64,000 bases of DNA. Origin: Selaginella moellendorffii (lineage: Eukaryota; Plantae; Lycopodiophyta). Below are positions 53,373 through 64,000 of the stretch, piece after piece (positions within the stretch are counted from its first letter, which is position 1; the number at the start of each line of letters is the position of its first letter). The stretch is taken from the NCBI RefSeq assembly GCF_000143415.4, contig NW_003314276.1, positions 769,630 to 833,629 on the forward strand, read 5' to 3'. The position numbers were made by a program, and so were the translations under genes. The notes beneath the pieces are model-generated. The model made no database searches. It was not told the DNA's origin and saw nothing but the letters and a program-made list of their open reading frames with translations.

Positions 53373-55535
53373 ATGAAGTGGCTGGGCGTGGCGTGGTCGG
53401 GGCTAAGGCGGCATTTCTCGTCGCGGGCGGATGGAGTGGGATCGATTTACGACAAGCTTTTCGTCGTCCAGCCGCGCTTCCATCCGCCGCTGCTGCTCAA
53501 GGCCAAGCTCCTCGAGGCACTGCGCCTCGCCAATTCACTCGCGCCCCTCACTGCCACCGATCTCAAGTCGGATTTCCCCTCGTATGTGCTTGTCCAGGGC
53601 AGGAGGAAGATCAATGCAGGTGATTATTAGTCTGTTTCGCATCGATCGTTTCTCGTTCTCGAGTGAGTGAATTCTTTTGTTTCAAGGCACCTATTTTGGA
53701 GCGGGGACTATTGACAACATTCGCACGCATTTGGACGTGATCGACGTGGAAGTAAGGAAAGTTTTCTTTCTTTTAGCTCTGTAAAAGCTAAGCACGAGAG
53801 TCACACTGACAGGATAGAGAGATCGATGCCGTGTTCGTGAACACTTCCCTGTCCGGCGTCCAATAACGTAACCTTGAGGTGATTAGATATCTCCACTTTC
53901 TTTTCTCTTTGAATGTAGGTTGCAATTTTGAATGTTGGTTGCAATTTTTCTTACAGGATGCTTGGGAAAGGCCGGTTCTCGATCGCGTGGGCTTGATCAT
54001 CGAGATTTTTGGCAGTCGTGCACGATCCAAAGAAGCCAAGCTTCAGGTAACTTCAAATAGATAGTGTGTTGATTATATGATGGTGTCTTTCAGGTGGAAC
54101 TTGCTGCTCTAGACTTTAAGAGAACAAGGCTCATCCGAGAAAAAGGAGAACGAAAGGCGTTTGGAGCTGGTGGAGAGCAGGAGGTTGTGAGTGCACGAGG
54201 GTAAAAATAACTTCTTCTTGTCATCGAGGAAGAAATTCGTAATTCCTTTTTCCTTCTTCATAGGAGAGCAAGTGGTGGTGGTGGTCGAGGATTTACGAGC
54301 GGATCAGGAGAGTCGGAATTGCAGCTACAACGACGGAGGTACAGGGCTTTTTGTTTTGGTTTGTCATCTCTCTTGTTTGATATTTAGTTTTCAACCAGGA
54401 TTTCGGATCAAAAGCATAAAATCCAGCTCGCTCTTGCGAAAGCAAAGCAGACACGATCACTGCATCGCCGCAACCGAGAAGGCATTCCGTTGGTTGCAGT
54501 CGTAGGATACACGAATGCTGTAAGTTGACAGTCTTGTTATGCGTTGATTGCTGAGAAACAAGATAGCAGTACACTGCAGGGGAAGTCGACACTCGTTGGA
54601 GCTCTATCAAAGAGCAGCCTCTACTCGGATGACAGGTTCATGAGAAACGCTTTTCTTTTCAGGTAAAGTTTTATCGCTCTGTTTCATAGGTTGTTTGCAA
54701 CGCTAGACACGCAGGTGCGAAGTGTGATTCTTCCTTCAGGGTAAAATAGTGTCGACTCTTTCTTGTTTGTACTCATTGCTGTGTTTCTGCAGAAGAAGGG
54801 TCCTGGTGAGTGACACCGTTGGATTCATATCGGACTTGCCTACTCAGGTTTGTGAAGATTCTCAAGCACTCAACATCTACTTATGTTTGCGTGAATTTTG
54901 GAAGCTCGTGGAAGCGTTCCATGCAACTCTAGAAGAAGTTGTTGCTGCGGACATTGTTTTGGTAAGTACGCTTCTTTGATCCTGATTGAAGGTAGCCTGT
55001 TCCATGTTTTCAGCATGTCATGGATTCGAGCGCTCCAAACATGGACGAGCAGCGAGAGGCAGTTCTTAAAGTCCTGGGAGAAATAGGAGTCTCTCAACAA
55101 GATCTAGACGAGAAGACGATTGAAGTGATGAACAAGGTGGGTGCATGCTTGGCGTGACGCTGTGTTACAAGTTTCTAGTGGTTTTTCCAGATCGATGTTC
55201 ATCCAGATTGTGGCGATCTTGATCTTCCAGCGGGTTTGCTTCTGTGCGATGGCAATGACGAAGACGCCCTGGTGATCCCGTCCTCGGAGGAGTACAGGAA
55301 AGCAGTGGGAGCGGCCAACGCTCTATCAAATGGAATCCAAGTCTCAAATCCAGAAGAAGTGAAGGAAGAACACAAAGAAGAAAGTGAAAGCGTCGAGCAC
55401 GAAGAAGTTGAGCTATGGGGAACACAGCTCTTAAAGGATGGAAAAATAGCTCGAGTTTCTACGTCGGCAACGCAAGGCACTGGTTTGGAAAATCTTTTGC
55501 AAGTGATTGACTCGAGGCTTAAAAATAAATCATAA
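53373..55535 (+). CDS. HflX: HflX-family GTPase, organelle-targeted (At3g49725/GTPBP6-like), multi-exon
   Basis: KLFVVQPR..AKLLEALRLANSL, VLDRVGLIIEIF..RARSKEAKLQVELA, G1 VGYTNAGKSTL, LFATLD, SDTVGFISDLP, NKID. Confidence 0.93.
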
Positions 55536-55638
55536 GACCCATACAACGCCAGTAATTTAGGGTTCTTGATGGATCGAGAGCTCACGCGTTGGATCCGCGG
55601 AGCTCCGGTAAGCTGGGTATGACGCATTCCATCCAGCG

Positions 55639-58600
55639 ATGGCGGGAAGCGACATCGATCTGGATGCGCTACTCGATGCTCACAGCAGCGACGAGGACGA
55701 CGCCGATCTTCCCGAGCTCGACAGAAGCATCGACGATATTCTACTCGATGCCGATGAGGAGGAGGAGGGTGATGTGGAGCGAAATTCGGATATTTCGGCC
55801 GCGATCCCGGAGAAGAAGCTCGAGAGCGGGATTGAGAGCCAGGGATCACAGGCGGGTTTAGTGAGTACAGGGGTGTCCAAGACTGCTCCAAGGCTATGGG
55901 ACATCAGTGGAACGATTCCATTCTATCAGGTGACCACCAAGCCAAGTCCAAAGCCTGGCGCTGCTTTGGCGGCTGCTACTGCTGCTTCGAGACACAGTGG
56001 AACGACTACTCGCACAGCGTCTCTCAGGGATGTTCCTAGTGAAACTCCGGACGAGTCGGGAAGCTTGAACGAAGAAAAAGAAGAGGTCGAAGAAAAAGAA
56101 GAGGAAGAGCAAAAGGGACTCGACTGGGTTTCATCATCGATAGAATTCGTTAGCAACGAGGATACAAGTGCTGCGAAGAGAGACCAAGTGGAAATGGAGG
56201 CGACGCCGGTTTCTCTCTCGACAGAGGACACAGTTTCATCATCGTTAGAAGGTGGCGAGGTTTTGGACGAGAGGATAGAAGTGGCTGTAAATACCGTGGA
56301 TCTTACCGAGGACAACGAGAGCGACCTTGTTGCCGTCCAGATACTCGACGAGAAGCTAGAACGAGGCGAAGACGGCTCATCATCGACTGAAAGCTCCGAA
56401 GAGAGCGTGCTGGAGGAGGCTTTTGATGAACATACTTCCCCTGAAGTGGAAGAAGTGAAGTCTCTAATGGTTGAGGCAGAAGAGCGGGAGAAACGAGCAG
56501 CGAACTCTGGTCTTCACTTGGAGGAAGGAGCTGCGGCGCAGCCAATGCAATTGGAAGGCATTCAGCGCGGGCCTCCAGCCATAGGCCTGCTGCAGCTGGA
56601 CTGGGGTGGACCTCTGTCCTTCGCGCTTTCTTCCATAGCCATGATGCGTGACCACGGGAATCCACGGTGCTTGGCAGTTCAAGCAAACTTCATTGCGGTG
56701 GGAATGTCGAAAGGTACTGTACTCTTGGCTTTAAGCAAGTACTCCGCCACTACCACAGCAGACAACAACGAAGCTAAGGTGACTATTTTCTTTTAGTTTG
56801 CTATGCTGGAACTCACATTTTTGTATGCTCAGGTGGTTCTCTTGAGTAATGCCGCAGACAAGTCTCACGCCTCTGCGAGTGTGATGTGCTTCAGCTTTCT
56901 TGGAGACCTGCTTCTAGTGGGATATACTAATGGGTCTGTGATACTATGGGACGTTCCAAAAGCTGCGGTAGCTAAAGCCGTCACAGGAGAGCATCACAAC
57001 GTGATAGTTCATGCAGCATTTGTAGGACAGGACGGTTCAACAGGTCGCCCCTTAAAAGCCATGACTGCAGATTGTAAAGGGGTGGTGATGCTCCATACCT
57101 TCACACTTGTTCCACTGCTGCGCCGCTTTTCAGTCACAACACAGGTGGTATCTTTTTTTCATTTTGAGTAGGCTTGACCATGTCCTACTTGCAGTGCCTT
57201 CTAGATGGCCAACGGACGGGTGTTGTCCTCTCACTGGCACCTCTGCTGCTGACTGAAAGTTTACTTCAGAATATTACAGGGTCTGGTATCACTGGGGCAG
57301 CTGGAAACGATGCGGGAAGGAAGTTTTTGTACGACGGATCTTCTTCGTCTGACGAAACCGGGGGCCTGGTTGTATTTGTCACTCAGCAGATTGCTCTTGT
57401 GGTAAATATTTGATATTGTTTATCATGGTAACTACACTGACGTTCTTTGCAGTTTCGATTATTGCCTGCTTTAGAAATATGCGCGAAACTAACACGGCCG
57501 GAAGGTGTTCGAGAGGGGTCGATACCGTATGCATCTTGGAGGGGTGTCTCATCTATGAAGTCGGAAAGCACTGCCCAAGGTCAAGACGAGCCTTTGCTTG
57601 CTCTTGCCTGGGGAAAGAAGGTCCTTGTTCTTCAACTTCAAAAGGCCGATCTTAAAGTGCTGGCTGAATGGGATATTGATAACAAAGCCGCTGGAGTAGC
57701 TTGGCTTGGTGACCAGGTAAGACGAACTTGTTTGAGACTGTTCCTCTTTAACGATATTGTTTTGACAGATGCTTGTGGTCGCCACTGTCAAAGCTGAACT
57801 TTGTCTATTCACAAAGGAAGGTCTTGCACTTGAACGTGCTGCCATACGAGACAATGACGGGCACACAGAGCCTTTGACATTTCACACCTACTTTCTGGAG
57901 ACGTGCAACAATCCTGAGAAAGTTTATGGAAACTCTTTAGGAGTCCGAGGGGCAGCATCTTATTTTCTGGGAGCTTCAAAGCTCTGGAGGGCTCGGCTAC
58001 TTCCTTGGCAGGATAGAATAAAGGCACTTCAGGATGCTGGTGACTGGATGGGCGCTTTCCAGATTGCAATGGAGTTGTTCGATGGACGGGCAAGAGGTGT
58101 TACTGGCTTACCTTCTGGGCTTCGTGCAATGCAGGAAGCTATTATGCCAAATCTTCTAGCATTGCTGTCGTCGTACATCGATGAAGCTTTCGCTTATGTT
58201 CGTTTGGCTCTTGGTGTGCCTGAAACTGAAGCTGCCAGGGAACAGTATGCAAGAGTCGGGCGGGTTGCAATAGAGTTTTGTGTACATATCAGCAGGACCG
58301 ACGTACTTTTTGAGAACGTTTTTCGAAAGTTTGATGAGGTCGCCCAAGCAGGTACGTACGTCTCTTAGCGCTTGAAGAGGTAGCTCTAATGTTTTTGTGT
58401 TGTTCGTTCAGCAACATTTCTGGAGCTGTTGGAGCCTTACATTCTGAAAGACATGCTCTGCGGCCTTGCACCAGAGGTTTGTTGCCTTAAAGTCATACAA
58501 ATGTTTGTTTAAGCCGGTTGTTTCAGATCATGCAATCTCTCGTTGAGCACTACAGCAGCAAGGGGTGGTTGCAAAGGGTCGAACAGTGCATTCTTCACAT

Positions 58601-61584
58601 GGATATTGCGTCATTGGACTTCAACCAGGTTTGCGTCTCTGTACGTTCGTTGTCATTTTTCCTACTGTGTTTTAAGGTTATGAGACTTTGCCGGGAGCAT
58701 GGATTATTCAGCGCTCTGATTTATCTTTATAACAAGGGCTTAAATGACTTCAAATCGCCATTGGAAGAACTGCTGATCGCTGCGCAGGATCAACATCAGG
58801 AAAATGCTTCGTCTTTTGGGTATGTTCTACATGCTTTCGCATAAGCAAAGCTTATTTCTCCGTTGTCAGGTATAAACTTTTGGTATATCTCAAGTATTGC
58901 TTCTCTGGTCTTGCGTTTCCTCCTGGTACGTCCGTCTGTTTACAGCTTTATCAAGTTTGCTCATATCATGCTCATGCTTAAGGTCGTGGATCATTACCTG
59001 CTGAACAAGTATATGGACTCAAAATACAGCTTTTGGAGTATTTACTCGACCCCGCTGGCTCTGGAAGAGATGCAGAGTCGGTATATGCAGTTTATCCGAG
59101 GCTTCATTATCTACTCAACCTGGATGTGTCGGCCACCCTGGATGTTTTCAAAGTAGCTTTGGGGAACGTAAAGGAGGCTGAAGGACATCTGGTCCAGCTA
59201 ACGATTGATCCTCTTGTCCACATTGTCGAAACAGTTCTATGCATGGACACCGAGTTCATTGACAAGACAAGCTACATTTTACAGTTTATTGCCGACTATG
59301 TATCTGCTGGGGCTGCTTCTATACCTCCTACAACACTAGATCGGATTCTAAATCTATTTCTGGACAATACTCAAGAAAGCATTCTCCCTGATCGCGAGGA
59401 ACTTACGGTGAAAGTTTTGGAGGCCGTTCCCGCGGAAGACTGGGATCCTGATGCTGTTCTTGAGCTAGCTAAGAAAACTCAATTCTGGCGGGTAAGCATG
59501 CTTGTTCCTGAAAATGCTTTGTATAGAATTTTCCTACGCAGGTGTCCGCGTTGGTCTATACACGGAAAGGAGACCACATATCCGCACTTTATAGTCACCT
59601 AGAGGATGTTTCTCGACCACGCCATACTTTTAACTTCGTGATATCTAAGCTTGATCGGGAAAATGGCCTCAAGGGAACTGCATTGACAGAATTCCGTGCG
59701 GCTGTAATCTCTCGTATTCATCACCTTGTACAGAAGAACAGGTAAAACACCTAGTTTCTGTTTTGTTCTTTCAGTGCTTTAACTAGTGTTTATTATTATT
59801 ATTTATCGTACAGGATTGCAGCTTTCTATATAGTTCTTGAATACTTCAATGACCAACTCGACGATGTGGTGAAAGCCTTACAACCGTTTCCACTCTCTCT
59901 GTTTAACTTCCTGAAAGCTCTTATGGAAGTCCGTGCCATCTCAGATACTATCAGTGATGTGCAAGTCTCAGAAGTCGACTGCGATCCCTGGGATGACCGA
60001 TCCCGACTAGCAACGCTACTGGAAAACATGCGTTTGGAGGTCACGGATGACATGGTCGAGGAATATATAGAGGTTTGATATGACCTTTACCATTTTTGCC
60101 GTTTAAGCGCAGTTTTTTTTCACAGCTTATGTGCGAGCTTGAGCCTAGTGGCGTACTGAATTTTCTTCAAGGCCATGAAAATTATAGGCTTGAACAATGT
60201 TTGAAGCTGTGCCAGAAGTATGGGGTGAAAGACGGTGCGGCTTTTCTTCTCGAACAAGCTGGTGATGTTGGCAGCGCTCTGACTCTTATTCTGGGTGACC
60301 TTTCGAAGTTATTCCATGAACTTGATGCGGCAGTTGCAATAATGTGCACTGCATCAAGCACTGGAACGAACATTCCTGAGGTAAGTGAGAAGCGTTATGA
60401 CATGGTTTTAATGTTCACGATCTCTTCTAGGAGCAAGCTTTGCATTCAGTTAAGAATGCCGCGGTTTCTCTTTGCCAAAGAAATACTTTTCGGCTTGATC
60501 CCCAGGAAGCCGAGTCCCTTTGGTTTCATCTGCTGGACAGGTAGGAGTTTGTAATCTCTAGCTTAATCCCACGCAACCTTGCTACAGATTTATTCACCCT
60601 CTGGATGCTCTGAATTCGTCGAAGCACAACAAAGCTGTGAAACCAGCAGATACAGGATCATCATCTCGCTACGAGTGGCAGGTTTTTCAAGTTATCGGTG
60701 CAGCGAGTGTTCTCCGAAAGATGCTTTCTAAGTTTGCTGGGGACATTGTCACGGGTATGATTGGTCATGTACCCGTGCAAGTGATTTTGAACAAGATCGT
60801 ATCGGATCATGGTAACCACGAGCTTGGCGATTTCAAGAACACCATTCTCGAAATGCTGAGTGCGTATGGCTACGAGTTGGCAATTCTGGTAGGACATGAA
60901 CTTCTTTCTATTCTTAAACAAGGACTCGTTGTCCTACAGGGTACTGCAAGGCGGATACTTGAAACTGACATGTTTCACGACATTCAAACACTTAAGAGAG
61001 GCCGATCTCGTGGATTAAGTCCCTTGACAGCCAGCTGCAGCGTGTGCAGTCACACGTTTGTGGAAGATCAAAGTGCAAGGAAGGGCGTACAAATTTTCTC
61101 TTGTGGGCATTTAGTCCACCTGAGCTGCATGGAGGACGCTAACTCAAAGTCAAACCGGTGCCCGGTTTGCATGCGTCACGACGTAGGCACGGATACAAAT
61201 TACAACAATGGTTACAACAATGGAAGCTTTCCTCAAGATCGTAAGGGTAAAGGCCACGAACAGGCTATCGAAGAACGGCAACCAATTCGGAAACAAGGAG
61301 TCTCCAGAGTGAGTGATTTCTTTTTTCTGGAAATCTCCTCTCTCGACTGATTGTGACGGTCTCTTGCTGCACAGTTTGAATTGCTGAAGAGTCTCCAGAA
61401 GGGAGAACCCCTGCCTGAGCTGAATCCTGATTTACCAAGGCTACAGCTCTCGCCTCCGATCAAGTACAAGCACAGGCCTTCCAGGCCGCTGTCTGGCTAT
61501 AGCAACACCAACATCAGCGGCAACTCTAGCAGAAGACCCCTACAGCAAAAATCGCATTCCTTGCGCGTTCTCAAAGCAAAATGA
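55639..61584 (+). CDS. VPS8: Vacuolar protein sorting 8 (CORVET subunit), multi-exon
   Basis: Acidic N-terminus MAGSDIDLDALLD, LEEGAAAQPMQLEG, beta-propeller region, FLELLEPYIL..VEQCILHMDIASLDFNQ, YRLEQCLKLCQKY, and a C-terminal RING (CSVC..FSCGHLVHLSC..CPVC). Confidence 0.92.
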
Positions 61585-61725
61585 TAAACAACAAGCTCGT
61601 CATGCTCTACACCTTTCTGGCGAATTCAAATTTGCTATCGTATGAAGAGGTACGTGATCATCTAGTAGGTTATAACGCCGTCCTTCTAGGAGAAGTCCAT
61701 TCTATATCCTATATCGGAATGTGAC

Positions 61726-62542
61726 ATGGCGTGGCAGATGACGGGCTCCTTGGCCGCTGGAGGTGAGACCGATCAGCACGCATGCCAGCATCCTCGGCAG
61801 TGGAAAGGAGTCACCAGAGTTTCTCGACATAGCGGCCGAAGCTCGGGAGTCGACTTCATGTCTTCCAAGGTGGACGTGCAGCTGTACAAGTGCCACGAGC
61901 AAGGTCGCCATTTCAAGTTTACAGGATGGATTCTTGCGACCAGCGTCCAACACGGTCGGGCCATTGTGGCCGAGCTCTCACGGTCCAGCACTCAAATTCT
62001 TCCAACTTCCACTGCACGAATGACTTACCTCTACACAGTCTTCTGCGACTGCCAACACTGTATGGAGCAGCTGTTTGAGCTACTGGCGCTTGAGGTCAAT
62101 GAGCAGGACAATTGGAATGGGAGGCATGCTTTCCGGGACAGTCGATCGATTCGAAAGAGTAACTCGATTCTTCTTTTATTCTTTGGCTCGATCGTCGCGT
62201 CCGATCCAACTTTTTATTTCCAGGTCTTCGAGACAAAATCTGGCCGCAACGTCGTTGCTTCTTCTCGGTAAAGTGTCTATTTTGCCTGCAGATAGACAAT
62301 CCAAACTCTTTTAGTGCCGCAGAACATGGGCTAGATCAAACAATGCGTTGGAGAACTCCAGCATGACGCAGAATCCGAGAAAAGGCAACAGTCTCATTGT
62401 CCCCCTTCATGTAATGATAGCAATTGTTGTGATTTCTCATTCCACTGGTGATCCTGAGAGCCATCTCGATCTTCTCAGCAAACAATCACAGTGCGAACAA
62501 CTCTTGAGGGCCGTCATCGACAAACTAAAGATGACGAGGTGA
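61726..62542 (+). other. Possible unknown gene or gene remnant
   Basis: GC-richer ORFs (61726-62271, 62348-62542) with splice-like signals; no recognisable domain. Confidence 0.25.
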
Positions 62543-64000
62543 CGAGAGGCTTTGTGACAAAGAGAAATAGCGATGCATTCCATACTTACTTCCCCTGATG
62601 CCTCGATAGTCTTAACTGCGTATAATACGACAGATAAAACTTAGTTTCCAGGTATAACATTCATAGCATTCTTACCTTCAAATGTGCAAGAACCTAAAAC
62701 TCCACAATGGAAATTATTTGCCCAACCTATACATAAAATGGCATCACTTTTTGGCCTAATCTTACCGTTTATTTTCACTGGATATGACCCAAGGATCAGA
62801 TTTATGCTCTCCTACGCATGAGCAGTAGTGTCTTATGGGATCATTCCCACTATGCTCTCCATAGCTGTCTATACGAGAGGTCTTGCAGTTGTTGAGAGCT
62901 GTGGAACCGGGGCTGTCACGGTGATGTCCCAGACCTGGAGTTTCCATCCTCATAGACACGGGCATTTGCGTGGACATCTCTAGAGATGAGCTAGCCCCAA
63001 TTGGAGGAGCTAGCATGGAGGACTTACAGAGGAAGGAACTTATGGATGTTGTGGTGGTGGTGGGCCGCTGTGATCATCCTTTTCATTTGTCATCATCGAT
63101 GCACTGATGAGTGTATCTATTTCCTGAGCATGCAGAAATAGCAATACCTACATGTGTGCATAGAAGAGGAGGAAATGCTGGATCTTCCAAAAGCATTAGA
63201 TTCTTGTTGTGTACTGATATGAATATTGCCATGGAATATGTATTGGCATCTTAAGAACAAGTATGTGGAGACAATGTTATAGAGTAGTGCTCTTTGTCTT
63301 TGTCTTTCTTTTTTTTATCCTTCTCAGTATCTCAGAGAAGGTGATTTCACATTAGAATGTTTTTGTCCACTGGTTCCTTGAATTCACAATACACTCCAGA
63401 TCTGGACGTGGGATTTCCAGCTGTAGAAGATGAAGACTATAATATTCCATGAAACACCCTGTGCACTACACAAAGAACAAGTGTGTGTACTATATACACC
63501 AATGCCATATAAAGCCATTGTGTTGGGAGCAATGGCCCCATTGTTGTTTCTTTGACAGGTGGAAACAGTTGAGAATGCTAAAGTTAATAGAGTTTTCTAA
63601 ATTTCTCATTGTTTGACAGGCTCATTGATGAAGTTATTTATGGTAAAAAAAATTAAAAATACTATAAATTATTGGGTCCAAGTATTTAGAGCTCACATGT
63701 GTCTAAAAATAGAAAAAAAGAAATACAAAAGGATTTAAAAATAAATAACAATCCCAAGTGCACTAAATAAATACTCATGGAAAAGAAACACTTATATATG
63801 GTATCAAAACTGTTTCCTATTTCTTTATATCTATGTTTGTTAAATATACAATTTGTATTTGCAACACCACCAACCCCCATTCCAGATGATGAGCCTACTC
63901 TTATATATGCTAAAAATCCCTTTGCTATCAATGTAAACCCCTTCACACGCTTTTTGGGGCACATTCGAGCATATATTTTCTCAACATTTCTTGATGGTGA

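Noticed and set aside
62600-64000. Short ORFs at the window end
   Set aside because: No recognisable domain or coherent exon chain.

Overview
Eukaryotic plant nuclear DNA from a very compact genome. Introns are mostly 50-80 nt and intergenic spacers 60-170 nt. This style, together with the PLS-type PPR fragments, suggests the lycophyte Selaginella (inference, not verified). Two gene-dense blocks flank a rearranged accessory region. Block 1 (1-27.3 kb): 5' end of an unknown gene, QCR6, SERGT1, NAA25, a degenerate tRNA-Asp, a receptor-like pseudokinase with two SPARK-like domains, ABCC5, a Vps62/DUF946 protein, WDR70, a UCH37-type deubiquitinase, a MADS-box gene only partly caught by the ORF track, and a Muscleblind-type CCCH protein. 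Block 2 (53.3-61.6 kb): HflX GTPase and VPS8. The accessory region (27.7-53.3 kb) is bounded by inverted LEA_2 paralogs. It contains a foldback mosaic of captured gene fragments, a ~4 kb direct duplication carrying an uncharacterised His-rich single-pass membrane protein, TIR elements, AT-rich repeats, and PPR and germin pseudogenes. The best novelty candidates are the duplicated His-rich membrane protein, the double-SPARK pseudokinase and the foldback gene-fragment mosaic. All family assignments come from recognising motifs by eye; no database search was run.
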